Shown here piece by piece: positions 18,759 to 28,375 of a stretch of 64,000 nucleotides of DNA; within the stretch, counting starts at the first letter, position 1, and each line of letters opens with the position of its first letter. The DNA comes from an uncultured bacterium (GTDB lineage Bacteria > Planctomycetota > UBA1135 > GCA-002748355). The translations under genes were made by a program, and so were the position numbers. The stretch covers positions 6,074-70,073 of the forward strand of contig CALLZN010000288.1 of NCBI GenBank assembly GCA_937858895.1, given 5' to 3'. The notes under the pieces are model-generated. The model saw only the letters and a program-made list of their open reading frames with translations. It had not been told where the DNA came from and made no database searches.

Positions 18759-19604
18759 TCAATACTCGTAGAAGCCGCGGCCGGTCTTGCGGCCAAGGTG
18801 GCCCGCCGCAACCATGCGCCGCAGCAGCGGACACGCGCGATACTTGTCGTCGCCGAGGCCGTCCTTCAGGACGTCGAGGATCTCGACGCAGACATCCAGC
18901 CCGATGAAATCCGCGAGGGCAAGCGGTCCCATCGGGTGGGCCATGCCGAGCTTCATGATCTCGTCGATGGCCTCGCGCGTCGCGACGCCCTCCATGAGAC
19001 AGAAGACGGCCTCGTTGATCATCGGCATGAGGACGCGGTTGCTGACGAAGCCCGGGTAGTCCTCGGCGACGACCGGGACCTTGCCGAGCGCCTCGGAGTG
19101 GCGGACGACGAAGTCAGCGGTGGCATCGGACGTGTCGTTGCCGCGGATGACCTCGACCAGCTTCATGATCGGCACGGGATTCATGAAGTGCATGCCGATC
19201 ACGCGGTCGGCGCGCTTGGTCGTCGCCGCGATCTTCGTGATCGAGATCGACGAAGTGTTCGACGCGAGGATGCAATGAGGCCCCGTGTTCGCATCGAGCT
19301 TTTGGAAGACGGCCTTCTTGATCTCGAAGCGCTCGGGCACGGCCTCGACGACGAGGTCGCGGTCGGCCGTGCGCCCGAAATCGGTCGTGCCCTCGAGGCG
19401 CGCGAGGACGGCCTGGGCTTCGTCGCTGGAGAGCTTCTCCTTCTTGACGAGCCGCTGCAGGCTCTGGTCGATCGCCGCGCGCGCGCGATCGATCGCGGCA
19501 TCGTCGACATCGATCAGCTGCACCTGCGATCCGTGCATCGCGAAGACCTGCGCGATGCCGTTGCCCATGGTTCCACCGCCGATCACGGCAACACGAAGAG
19601 TCAT
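18759..19604 (-). CDS. hbd: 3-hydroxybutyryl-CoA dehydrogenase
   Basis: Rossmann motif [19 protein letters not shown] at 19604 overlaps the thiolase stop (ATGA). Confidence 0.9.
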   Translation of the reverse strand: MTLRVAVIGGGTMGNGIAQVFAMHGSQVQLIDVDDAAIDRARAAIDQSLQRLVKKEKLSSDEAQAVLARLEGTTDFGRTADRDLVVEAVPERFEIKKAVFQKLDANTGPHCILASNTSSISITKIAATTKRADRVIGMHFMNPVPIMKLVEVIRGNDTSDATADFVVRHSEALGKVPVVAEDYPGFVSNRVLMPMINEAVFCLMEGVATREAIDEIMKLGMAHPMGPLALADFIGLDVCVEILDVLKDGLGDDKYRACPLLRRMVAAGHLGRKTGRGFYEY

Positions 19605-20785
19605 GCGATCACCTCGATCGAAAGGGCGACGGCGTTGCCGCCACCGAGACAGAGCCCGGCCGCGCCGCGTGAGAGACCTCGATCTTCGAGCGCATGGAGG
19701 AGCGTCGTGAGGACGCGCGCCCCGGAGCAACCGATCGGATGGCCGAGCGCAACAGCCCCGCCGTGGACGTTGACCAATGCCTCATCGAGCTCGAGCTTGC
19801 GCACGAGCGCGACCATCTGCGAAGAGAAGGCTTCGTTGATCTCGATGAGGTCGAAGTCGCCGAGCGAGAACTTGGTCAAGGAGCAGAGCTTCTGGAAGGC
19901 GACTTCGGGCGCCATCAGGACCCACTCGGGGGCGAGGCCACCGGTCGCGTAGCCAGTGATGCGCGCGCGCGGGACGAGGCCGTTCGCGCGGGCCCAGTCT
20001 TCGTCGGCGACCACGAGGGCCGAGGCACCGTCGTTGATCGTGCTCGCGTTGCCCGGCGTGACCGTGCCGTCCTTCGCGAAGGCCGGGCGCAGCGCGGCGA
20101 GCTTTTCGAGGGTCGTATCCGCGCGCGGGCCCTCATCGCTGTCGAAGACCGTGACCTCGCCCTTCCGGCCCTGCAACTCGACCTTGAAGATCTCCTTCTC
20201 GAACTTGCCGGCTTTCTGGGCCGCGACCGCGAGCTGCTGACTGCGCAAGGCCCACTGGTCTTGTGCCTCACGCGAGACGCCATGTTCGCGGGCCACGAGC
20301 TCGGCGGTGCTTCCCATGTGTTGGTCGCTGTAGACGTCCCAGAGGCCATCGGCAACGAGGCTGTCGATGAGGCGGCCGTGGCCGAGGCGCTGGCCTGTGC
20401 GCGCTTCGGGCAGCATGTAGGGAGCGTTGCTCATCGACTCCATGCCGCCCGCGACGATGCACTTGGCGTCTCCGGCCTTGATGGCTTGGGCGGCGAGCAT
20501 GACGCTCTTGAGGCTCGAGCCGCAGACCTTGTTGACGGTGAAGGCCGCGACGCTCGTCGGCAGGCCAGCGCCGAGCGCTGCCTGGCGGGCCGGATTCTGG
20601 CCCTGACCGGCTTGGAGCACAGTGCCCATGATGCACTCGTCGATGTCGTTTGCATCGACGCCAGCACGTCGGAGCGCCTCGGCGACGGCGAGGGCGCCGA
20701 GCCGCGGGGCGGAAAGCGGTGCCAGGCTGCCTTGGAACTTACCGATCGCGGTGCGGCACGCGGAGACGAGGACCGGGCTACCCAT
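19601..20785 (-). CDS. Acetyl-CoA C-acetyltransferase (thiolase II)
   Basis: [10 protein letters not shown] (active-site Cys) and [22 protein letters not shown] at 20785 is preceded by AAGGAG about 10 nt upstream. Confidence 0.9.
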   Translation of the reverse strand: MGSPVLVSACRTAIGKFQGSLAPLSAPRLGALAVAEALRRAGVDANDIDECIMGTVLQAGQGQNPARQAALGAGLPTSVAAFTVNKVCGSSLKSVMLAAQAIKAGDAKCIVAGGMESMSNAPYMLPEARTGQRLGHGRLIDSLVADGLWDVYSDQHMGSTAELVAREHGVSREAQDQWALRSQQLAVAAQKAGKFEKEIFKVELQGRKGEVTVFDSDEGPRADTTLEKLAALRPAFAKDGTVTPGNASTINDGASALVVADEDWARANGLVPRARITGYATGGLAPEWVLMAPEVAFQKLCSLTKFSLGDFDLIEINEAFSSQMVALVRKLELDEALVNVHGGAVALGHPIGCSGARVLTTLLHALEDRGLSRGAAGLCLGGGNAVALSIEVIA

Positions 20786-21044
20786 GGGAAACGGACTCCT
20801 TGGATCGGGGCATTGAGACTTTGTGGCTTCTTTGGAAGGCGCTAGCTGGGACGTTAGCGCGCCCGGCTGTCTGGCGCGAATGCCTTGCCGACTCCAGCTC
20901 GGATGGCGTTCTGCGACGAATCGACTCGGCGGGGCCATTCATGGGTATTGGGCAGTCCTTGGGGTGCCTCGGGTGGCGCAGTGACAACCGCGAAGGAGTG
21001 GGTTCGGGTTGCGTCAAGTCGTCCGCTTCCGTAAGTCAAGCCCC

Positions 21045-21767
21045 ATGAGAACGCACACTTCTGAGAGCCAAGCCAGCACGACTCCAAGGCGCGCCCTCGA
21101 ACTCCTGCGCGAAGGCAATGCGCGCTTCGTCAACAACTTGCGCATCAACCGCAACCTGCTGCAGCAGGCCAACGAGACCCGCGACGGCCAATGGCCCTTC
21201 GCGACGATCGTCAGCTGCATCGACAGCCGCACGTCGGCCGAGCTCATCTTCGACCAGGGGCTCGGCGACATCTTCTCGGTGCGCATCGCGGGCAACGTCA
21301 TCAACACGGACATCATCGGCAGCCTGGAGTTCGCCTGCCGCGCCGCCGGTTCGAAGCTCGTCGTCGTCCTCGGCCACACGGGCTGCGGCGCCGTCAAGGG
21401 CGCTTGCGACCATGTGGAGATGGGCAGCCTCACCGAGCTGCTGTCCAAGATCCAGCCAGCGGTCTACGAAGAGAACGAGACCAAGAACCCGGCCCAGCGC
21501 AACGCCTCCAACCCGACCTTCGTCGAGAACGTGGCCGACCTCAACGTGCGGCGCTCCGTGCGCGCGATCGTCAGCCGCAGCTACATCCTCGAGCACATGA
21601 TCGAGAACGGCCAAGTCGCGGTGATCGGCGCCAAGCACGACCTCGCCTCAGGTCACGTGCACTTCTTCGAGGACACGCACGTGCACGACGAGGCGTCGCT
21701 GCGGGCCATCACGGGTCGCAGTGCTTCAGGTGGATCGACCGGGGAAGCTCGGCCAGCGGAGGCATGA
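21045..21767 (+). CDS. Beta-class carbonic anhydrase
   Basis: SCIDSRTSAELIF and LGHTGCGAVKGAC zinc-ligand motifs. ATG at 21045. Confidence 0.9.
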   Translation: MRTHTSESQASTTPRRALELLREGNARFVNNLRINRNLLQQANETRDGQWPFATIVSCIDSRTSAELIFDQGLGDIFSVRIAGNVINTDIIGSLEFACRAAGSKLVVVLGHTGCGAVKGACDHVEMGSLTELLSKIQPAVYEENETKNPAQRNASNPTFVENVADLNVRRSVRAIVSRSYILEHMIENGQVAVIGAKHDLASGHVHFFEDTHVHDEASLRAITGRSASGGSTGEARPAEA

Positions 21768-21794
21768 AGACCTGACGCGCGCCGCCGGGCGGCA

Positions 21795-21836
21795 GTTTGC
21801 CCCGGTGGCCGTTTGCCCCCACTCGCCGTCTGCCCC
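21795..21836 (+). repeat. Three direct repeats GT(T/C)TGCCCC spaced 16-17 nt apart, upstream of the radical-SAM genes
   Basis: GTTTGCCCC at 21795-21803 and 21811-21819, and GTCTGCCCC at 21828-21836. They are followed by the imperfect inverted repeat GTGCCGAC-AG-GTCGGGCAC (21838-21856). Confidence 0.7.
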
Positions 21837-21951
21837 TGTGCCGACAGGTCGGGCACCGCGAAATGTCTGCGCCGAGGTGCCTGGATCACACCTATCCGCT
21901 TTACCGTGCTAAGGTCGAAGACCTCGGTCCGACCCCAAGCACACGACCCCC

Positions 21952-23058
21952 ATGCCAACCAGTCGCCTCATCCGCAGGCTGCGCCCCGTCGTCGACGGGC
22001 ACCCTCGGCTACGTACGCTTCTGAAGCGCCTCGACAACCGAGTCGCGCGGGCGCGCTACTCGCTCGCTGAAAAGCTGCCGAGCACGATTCGGCCGGCGCC
22101 CCGCCAGATCACGATCGCGATCACGGCAGACTGCAACCTGCGTTGCATCGGCTGCCGTTATGGACGCGACTTCATGACCGGCTCGGTGTTGAGCCTCGAC
22201 CAGGTCCGCGCCCTCCTCGACGACGCGCGGGCGGCCGGTGTGAATCGCGCGCGCTTCTTCGGCGGCGAGCCCATGCTGCACCCGGATCTGCCGGCGATGA
22301 TCCGCTATGCCAAGGAGCTCGGCTTCGACGCCTACATGACGACCAACGCGACGCTGCTCGAGCGTCGCATCGCCGAGGTCGCCGACGCCGGCCTCGACTG
22401 GCTCACGATGGGCTTCTACGGCGTCGGCGCGGCCTTCGACAGCTACACGCAGACGCGCAAGCACTTCGACCGCTTGCGCAGCGGACTCGAGGCCTTGCGC
22501 GATCGCTACAGCAAGCAGATCGAAGCGCAGCTCAACTTCGTGTTGCACCGCGACTCCTGCGACCTCGGCGCGCTCGAAGCAGCGTGGGACTTTGCCTCGA
22601 CCTACGGCATGTTCTTCTCGGTCGACCCGATCAGCGAGACCATCCCCTTCTTCGTCGACCCGACCGGCGTGCTCGACTTCGAAGAAGAGCACCGTCCCCG
22701 CCTCGAAGAAATGAGCGCGGCCTTGATCGCCAAGAAGCGCGCCAACCCGACGCGCATGCCCCAGAGCCTCGAGTTGCTGAACGCGCTCCCCGAGCTGCTG
22801 CTGCACCCCGAAACCGTGCGCATCCCCTGCGACGCCAACGAGCTCATCTGGGTCGGGGCCAACGGCGTCGTGCAGCTGTGCGACACGGCCTTCCCGCTCG
22901 GCAACATCCACGAACGACCGCTTCGTGAAATCCTCTTCACGGACGAGCACAAGCAGGCTTGCGTGCGGGCCTTCAAGCTCGACTGCCCCAACTGTCATTG
23001 CAAGATCGACAGCCGCATGCGCAAGCATGGGCCGAGCTTGCGACGCTTCGCGCTGTGA
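21952..23058 (+). CDS. Radical SAM protein with a Cys-rich SPASM/twitch-like C-terminus (paralog 1)
   Basis: CNLRCIGC (CxxxCxxC), FFGGEPMLHPDL, and C-terminal Cys residues (IPCDANELIWVGANGVVQLCDTAFPLGNIHE...LDCPNCHC). Confidence 0.8.
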   Translation: MPTSRLIRRLRPVVDGHPRLRTLLKRLDNRVARARYSLAEKLPSTIRPAPRQITIAITADCNLRCIGCRYGRDFMTGSVLSLDQVRALLDDARAAGVNRARFFGGEPMLHPDLPAMIRYAKELGFDAYMTTNATLLERRIAEVADAGLDWLTMGFYGVGAAFDSYTQTRKHFDRLRSGLEALRDRYSKQIEAQLNFVLHRDSCDLGALEAAWDFASTYGMFFSVDPISETIPFFVDPTGVLDFEEEHRPRLEEMSAALIAKKRANPTRMPQSLELLNALPELLLHPETVRIPCDANELIWVGANGVVQLCDTAFPLGNIHERPLREILFTDEHKQACVRAFKLDCPNCHCKIDSRMRKHGPSLRRFAL

Positions 23059-23060
23059 TC

Positions 23061-24218
23061 ATGAAGAGCAAACTCACACGCCTCATCGAAGCCAAGTTGC
23101 GCACGACGTTGCGCGACATGCCCGTGCTCAAGCGCCACGCCCTGCAGCTCCTCGAGCGCCGCGACCGTCGCCGTCACAGCGCCTGGCGGCAGAACCCGAG
23201 CCTGGTGCGCGCGCTGCCGCGCAAGATGACGGTCGCGGTCACGGCCGCTTGCGACCAGCGTTGCACGGGTTGTCGCTATGGCCGTGACTTCATGCCGGGC
23301 CACATGCTCGAGACTGGCTTGGCCTTGCGCCTCCTCGAAGACGCGAGCGCCGCAGGGGTCACGATGGTGCGGCTCTACGGCGGCGAACTGCTGCTCCATC
23401 CGGAGCTGCCAACGATGATCCGGCACTCGATCGCGCTCGGCATGTCGACCTACGTCACGACCAACGGCATCTTGCTCGGGAAGCGCGCAAAGGAGGTCCA
23501 CGACGCAGGCCTGCGGGGACTGACCATCGGCTACTACGGTGACGGCGCGGCCTACGACCGCTACGTCGGCGCGGTCGGAAGGCACGCGAAGCTGACGCGC
23601 AGCCTCGAGACCGTTCGTGACCGGTTCGGCGACGACTTCCAGATCCAGCTCAATTACTTGGTCATGCGTCCGAGCTGCAACCTCGAGGCGCTGCAGAAGG
23701 CGCGCGCCTACTGCGAGCGCTTTGACCTGCGCTTCAACACCGACCTCATCCACTACTCGCTGCCCTACTTCAGCGAAGGCCCGGAGCGAGAGCTGCGCTT
23801 CCGTCCTGAGGACGAAGCAGACGTGCACGCCTTCGTCGATGCCCTGCTCGCTTGGCGGCGTGAGGACCCGCGGCGCCTCACCGAGCCCGGAGCGAGTCTG
23901 CGCTCGATCCCCGATTGGCTCTTCTTGGGGCCGAACCTGCGCATTCCGTGTGATGCGTACAAGCTGCTCTGGGTCGGCGCCGACGGGACGGTGCAGCTCT
24001 GCTACGTGACGTTTCCGCTCGGCAATCTGCACGAGCAGCGACTCAGCGACATGCTCGGCACCGCCAAGCATCATGAGGCGGCGCGAGCGGCCTTCTGCCT
24101 CGAATGTCCGGGCTGTCACTGCGAGCGTAGCCACCGCATCGCGAAGGACGCGCCGAGCTTCGAGCGCTACTCGCGCGACGATGGCGGCGCCAGCTTCCGG
24201 GCGAGCGCTTCGGTCTGA
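23061..24218 (+). CDS. Radical SAM protein with a Cys-rich SPASM/twitch-like C-terminus (paralog 2)
   Basis: CDQRCTGC, LYGGELLLHPEL, IPCDAYKLLWVGADGTVQLCYVTFPLGNLHE...LECPGCHC. ATG at 23061 lies 2 nt after the paralog 1 stop. Colinear with paralog 1. Confidence 0.8.
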   Translation: MKSKLTRLIEAKLRTTLRDMPVLKRHALQLLERRDRRRHSAWRQNPSLVRALPRKMTVAVTAACDQRCTGCRYGRDFMPGHMLETGLALRLLEDASAAGVTMVRLYGGELLLHPELPTMIRHSIALGMSTYVTTNGILLGKRAKEVHDAGLRGLTIGYYGDGAAYDRYVGAVGRHAKLTRSLETVRDRFGDDFQIQLNYLVMRPSCNLEALQKARAYCERFDLRFNTDLIHYSLPYFSEGPERELRFRPEDEADVHAFVDALLAWRREDPRRLTEPGASLRSIPDWLFLGPNLRIPCDAYKLLWVGADGTVQLCYVTFPLGNLHEQRLSDMLGTAKHHEAARAAFCLECPGCHCERSHRIAKDAPSFERYSRDDGGASFRASASV

Positions 24219-24238
24219 CGACCGCGCGGCGACTTCGC

Positions 24239-25618
24239 CTACTTCGCCGCGGCTTCCTTCAGGTCGTCGACGCAGACGACGAAGGGCTTTTGGGCTCCGA
24301 GCGTCTCGCCGGTGCGGCCGAGGCGCAGATGCAGGGTGCGCGTGCCCGTGAAGCCGACGGCCTGGTGCAAGGTGCCGAGGCGATAGCGCTCGAGCTTGTC
24401 GTCGGGCCCCGAAAAGGCTGCACGCGCAGCGACCTCGAAGAGGGCATCGGCGTCCGCGGGCTCTTCGCGCGCGTTGCACCAAGCGCTAATCTTCGCGTAG
24501 CGTGAGCACGCCGACGGCTCCTTGCCCTTCAGGGCACGCGTGCGGTGGTGATTCGTGCAGGTGAGGAAGAGTTCCTTCGGCTGCGCGTCTCCGTTCTCGC
24601 CGTTCTTGCCATTCTCGCCGTTGTGGGCCACGACGCCGTCGGCGTGACGATCGGCGACCCGCAGCGTTGCCCCGTCATCGACCTTCTCGAAGGCGTCATA
24701 CTCGAGCACGCCAGCGAAGCGAGACTCCGCGTCCGGCGTCACGACCATGACGTTGTTGCCATAGAGCGTCGGCCACGCGTCGAGGAACTCGTGCGCCTTC
24801 TCGACGGCGCCCTTGGCCGCGAGGCGTTGCGCGAGACGTCGCAGCGCGACGAGGCGAGGAACGTTGCCATTCAACAAGGCCTGCATGCCGGCGACGCGCG
24901 GCACATCGTGGATCGAGACGAAGACGCCCTCGTCGTTCATCGCAGTGATCGCTCCGATCGAACCAACGTGGGTGACCGCGACGAAGGCGTGGCTCGACTC
25001 GCTCGCCTTCGAACGCACGATGACCTGCTCTTCGAGCAGCGAGCGAAAACCCCAGAAGTCGAAGTTGCGCGCAACGGCCGGCTTGCCACCGACGACCTTG
25101 GCGCCATGAAGCGCAACCGTGGAGCAGCCGAGCGCGAGCCAGTCCCCGACCGTGTTGATGGCGAGGAGGTCGCCGTATTCGATCTCGCGATCGAGGAAGC
25201 CGACGCGCCGTTCCGTTGGGTCGAGGCGGGCGCGCAGGCCCTTCAAGATCCCTTCGAGCTCGGCCTTCTCGTCCTCATCGATGCGGAAGGACGGCACGAG
25301 CGTGCGCACGACGCGGCGGTCGTAGTCCTTTGGCTGCATCGACGCCTTCTTCATGAAGCCGCCGAAGTCCTCCGACAGGAGCGTGACGATCTCCTTGCCC
25401 AGCAGATAGCCATGTGCAAAGCCGCGCTCGGCAGGCGTGCCCCATACGGTGAGGACCTTGTGGCCATCTTGAACCTCGAGCTTGCCGTGCAACTCGAGGG
25501 CTTCGGCGCCCTTCGGCGGAGCGGCTTGACCAGCCTGAGCGCCCGCAGAGGCAGCAGAGGCAGCCAGAAGGAGGACGTATAGAAAAACGTGTTCGCGAGC
25601 AGGCATCCTGGGCTCCAT
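24239..25618 (-). CDS. Secreted Ntn-type hydrolase, probably peptidase C45 / acyl-CoA:6-APA acyltransferase-like
   Basis: Signal peptide VFLYVLLLAASAASAGAQA. LALGCSTVALHG resembles the autoprocessing Gly-Cys nucleophile site. Alternative ATG at 25606. The family call is tentative. Confidence 0.5.
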   Translation of the reverse strand: MEPRMPAREHVFLYVLLLAASAASAGAQAGQAAPPKGAEALELHGKLEVQDGHKVLTVWGTPAERGFAHGYLLGKEIVTLLSEDFGGFMKKASMQPKDYDRRVVRTLVPSFRIDEDEKAELEGILKGLRARLDPTERRVGFLDREIEYGDLLAINTVGDWLALGCSTVALHGAKVVGGKPAVARNFDFWGFRSLLEEQVIVRSKASESSHAFVAVTHVGSIGAITAMNDEGVFVSIHDVPRVAGMQALLNGNVPRLVALRRLAQRLAAKGAVEKAHEFLDAWPTLYGNNVMVVTPDAESRFAGVLEYDAFEKVDDGATLRVADRHADGVVAHNGENGKNGENGDAQPKELFLTCTNHHRTRALKGKEPSACSRYAKISAWCNAREEPADADALFEVAARAAFSGPDDKLERYRLGTLHQAVGFTGTRTLHLRLGRTGETLGAQKPFVVCVDDLKEAAAK

Positions 25619-25745
25619 TGGGTTCGTTGCGGTGCACGCCTCAGCTCATGACAGTTGTGCCAGTCCGGCTCGAGCACGCGTCAACATGCTGCCGCCCATG
25701 GGACCATTCGTCGAGGCCCTGCCCCTCGAGCGCGCCGCGCCGCCC

Positions 25746-26441
25746 TCAAACAAGGCGCGACGGACAGTGGGGAGCAAGCGTGCAAACCGAACAGCGAGGT
25801 CGGCGCGCCGCGCAGACGAGGCGGCCGTGCCAAATAAGGGCGTGGCTGAACCAAACCCAGTCGGCCTGACTGACGACCTGCATGAGGTCGCGCTCGATCG
25901 CAACGGGGTTGTCGGCGCCCGTCATGTGGAGGCGCTGGGCCAGTCGGCCGACGTGCGTGTCGACGACGACGCCGACCGCGATCCCGAAGGCCGTGCCGAG
26001 GACGACGTTGGCGGTCTTGCGCGCGACGCCCGGCAAGCGCAGCAGCTCTTCCATCGTGCGCGGCACCTCGCCATCGAAGTCCTGCACGAGGAGGGTCGCC
26101 ATGGCGATGAGGTTCTTCGCCTTGTTGCGGTAGAAGCCGGTCGAGAAGATCAGCTTCTCGAGGCGTGCCGGCTCGGCCGCGGCGAGCGAGGCTGCATCGG
26201 GGTACTGAGCGAAGAGCGCGGGCGTCACGAGGTTGACGGTCTTGTCGGTGCACTGCGCCGACAAGATCGTCGCCACGAGCAGCTCGAAGGCATTGCGGTG
26301 CAACAGCGCGCAGTCGACATCCGGGTAGAGGCGTCGCAGTTCCACCTGAACGGCCGACAAGCGCTCGGCACGTCGCAGCTTGGACTCGCGACGCCTACTC
26401 GGCCGTGGCTGCTCGTCGGAATCGGAGGCGGATCGCGGCAT
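25746..26441 (-). CDS. nth: Endonuclease III
   Basis: LLVATILSAQCTDKTVN, helix-hairpin-helix LPGVARKTANVVLG, and the C-terminal 4Fe-4S Cys cluster CAARRPRCSVCTLAPHC. Confidence 0.92.
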   Translation of the reverse strand: MPRSASDSDEQPRPSRRRESKLRRAERLSAVQVELRRLYPDVDCALLHRNAFELLVATILSAQCTDKTVNLVTPALFAQYPDAASLAAAEPARLEKLIFSTGFYRNKAKNLIAMATLLVQDFDGEVPRTMEELLRLPGVARKTANVVLGTAFGIAVGVVVDTHVGRLAQRLHMTGADNPVAIERDLMQVVSQADWVWFSHALIWHGRLVCAARRPRCSVCTLAPHCPSRLV

Positions 26442-26474
26442 GTCGCAAACCAGTTTGCCGCGGCGGCGCTTCGT

Positions 26475-27569
26475 TCACAGGTGTTCCCGGTCTTCTCTCG
26501 TGCCGCGCGTCAGAGCTCGGCGCGGCGCGACGCGGACCGCGGTCTTGTCGATCGCGACCCAACATGCCTGACCCGGCCGCAAGTCCAGGCCGCGGGTCCC
26601 GTCCCGTGACAGCTCGGCAACGAGCGGCAGCGACCCGCCCACTTGCACGCGCGTCCCTTCGAGCGCAGTCTCGACTCCGAGGATCGGTGCGCGCCACGCA
26701 TGGATGTCGGGCCCGCGCGGCTCGACTTCGGACAAGGCGACCGCGCGCGGGTGCACGGCGACGAGGACCTCGCCTTCGACCTCGCACTCGTGCATCAGGA
26801 CTTCGCCAGCGAGCCGAAGAACGCCGTTGACGACGACCGCTTCGAAGGAGTTGAGCCCGACGAGGTCCGCGACGTAGCGGGTCCGCGGGGCTCGGAGCAG
26901 GTCATCGATGCTGCCGCTCTGCACGACGCGGCCCTCTTCGAGGACGACGATGCGATCCGACAAGGCCAGCGCGTCGGCAAGGTCGTGAACGACGAGGACG
27001 CGCGGTCCATCGAAGCTCGCGAGGTGGGCCCGGAGCTCTCGCCGCAGATCGACTCGCGCCGATGCATCCACCGCCGCCAAGGGCTCGTCGAGCAGAGCCA
27101 TGAGAGGCGCAGGCGCAAGTGCGCGCGCGAGGGCGACGCGCTGGGCCTGCCCGCCCGAGAGTTCGCTCGGCAGAGACCGATGCTGTGCCGCTTTGATGCC
27201 GACCCGCTCGAGCCACGACGCTGCAAGCTCGAGCGACTCGCGACGCGGTCGACCGCGACTGCGCATGCCGTAGGCGACGTTCTCGATCACGGTCAGCCGT
27301 GGGAAGAGCAAGTGGTCCTGAAAAACGACCCCGGCATGCCGCGCAGAGGGCGAGACGAAGAAGCCCGAACTCGCGTCCTCTAGAACGCGGCCCGACAGCG
27401 AGATGCGGCCACCATCGAGGGCCAAGAGCCCGGCGATCGCGAGCAAGCACGAAGTCTTGCCGGCGCCGTTCGGACCGAGCAGGGCCACGGTCTCGTTCGC
27501 CGCAACCTGGAAGCGCGCGTCGAGGACCAGCTCGCCTCTCGTGAGTCGGATGTCGACGTCGAGACTCAT
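26475..27569 (-). CDS. modC: Molybdate ABC transporter ATP-binding protein
   Basis: Walker A GPNGAGKTS and signature LSGGQAQRVALARAL, with a C-terminal TOBE-like domain. ATG at 27569 forms an ATGA overlap with modB. Confidence 0.85.
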   Translation of the reverse strand: MSLDVDIRLTRGELVLDARFQVAANETVALLGPNGAGKTSCLLAIAGLLALDGGRISLSGRVLEDASSGFFVSPSARHAGVVFQDHLLFPRLTVIENVAYGMRSRGRPRRESLELAASWLERVGIKAAQHRSLPSELSGGQAQRVALARALAPAPLMALLDEPLAAVDASARVDLRRELRAHLASFDGPRVLVVHDLADALALSDRIVVLEEGRVVQSGSIDDLLRAPRTRYVADLVGLNSFEAVVVNGVLRLAGEVLMHECEVEGEVLVAVHPRAVALSEVEPRGPDIHAWRAPILGVETALEGTRVQVGGSLPLVAELSRDGTRGLDLRPGQACWVAIDKTAVRVAPRRALTRGTREDREHL

Positions 27570-28375
27570 GACGAAGGGAACCACTGCTTGCGCAGCAAGA
27601 AGAGCACGCAGGCCGCGATCACGACCAGCAGCAAGCTCGAGACGATCGCCAAGTCAGGCGAAGTCTCGAGCGCGACGTAGACCGCGAGCGGCATCGTGCG
27701 CGTCTCGCCCGCGAGGTTGCCCGCGAACGTGATGGTCGCGCCAAACTCGCCAAGCGCCCGCGCCCAAGCGACGAGGAGCCCAGCCTTGAGGCTTGGCGCG
27801 ATCATCGGCAGCGTCACGGTCCGAAACACCCGCCAGGGACTCGCGCCGAGCGTCGCGGCTGCGCCGCCGTAGCGAGCGTCGAGCGAACGCAAGCCGCCTT
27901 CGACCGTCAAGACGAAGAACGGCATCGCGACGAAGGTCTCGGCCAAGATCACGCCAGCCCGCGTGAACGGGAGCGCGACTCCGAACCAATGGTCGACCGG
28001 CGCGCCGACGATGCCGTTGCGCCCATACGCGAGCAACATCGCGACCCCACCAACCACGGGCGGCAGGACCATCGGCAAGGTGACGAGGACCCGCAGCGAC
28101 GTACGCAGGCGACTCTGACCCAGCGCGAGCCAGGCCGCCAAGGGCAGGCCAAACAGAAGGGACAGCAAGGTCGCGGCGAGCGAGCACTGCAGCGACAACG
28201 ACAGCGCAGAACGCACATCGTGGCCGGTGACCAAGTCGATGAACCGCGACCACGGTGCCCGCCAAACCAAGCCCACGAGCGGCAAGAGGAAGAAGGCAGC
28301 GGCGACGAAGGCGAGGCCGAGCAAGGGGACTGGCAAGCTGCCGTGACGGCGCAGCTGTCTACGCGGCGGATTCAA
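27566..28375 (-). CDS. modB: Molybdate ABC transporter permease
   Basis: Multi-TM protein with ARALGEFGATITFAGNLAGETRTMPLAVY, typical of ModB. TTG start at 28373-28375 overlaps the modA stop (TTGA). Confidence 0.85.
   Translation of the reverse strand: MNPPRRQLRRHGSLPVPLLGLAFVAAAFFLLPLVGLVWRAPWSRFIDLVTGHDVRSALSLSLQCSLAATLLSLLFGLPLAAWLALGQSRLRTSLRVLVTLPMVLPPVVGGVAMLLAYGRNGIVGAPVDHWFGVALPFTRAGVILAETFVAMPFFVLTVEGGLRSLDARYGGAAATLGASPWRVFRTVTLPMIAPSLKAGLLVAWARALGEFGATITFAGNLAGETRTMPLAVYVALETSPDLAIVSSLLLVVIAACVLFLLRKQWFPSS

Noticed and set aside
21860-22024. 54-codon Cys-containing ORF overlapping the start of radical-SAM paralog 1, considered as a possible RiPP precursor.
   Set aside because: GC3 is only about two-thirds by hand count, there is no RBS, and it overlaps the enzyme gene by 73 nt in another frame. 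The evidence is insufficient to call it a gene.
21952-24218. Radical-SAM pair as anaerobic sulfatase-maturating enzymes for the sulfatase at 575-2182.
   Set aside because: The genes are 20 kb apart on opposite strands. The proteins have N-terminal extensions of about 60 aa and a C-terminal Cys pattern that I cannot equate with anSME by eye. The idea is unsupported without an HMM search.
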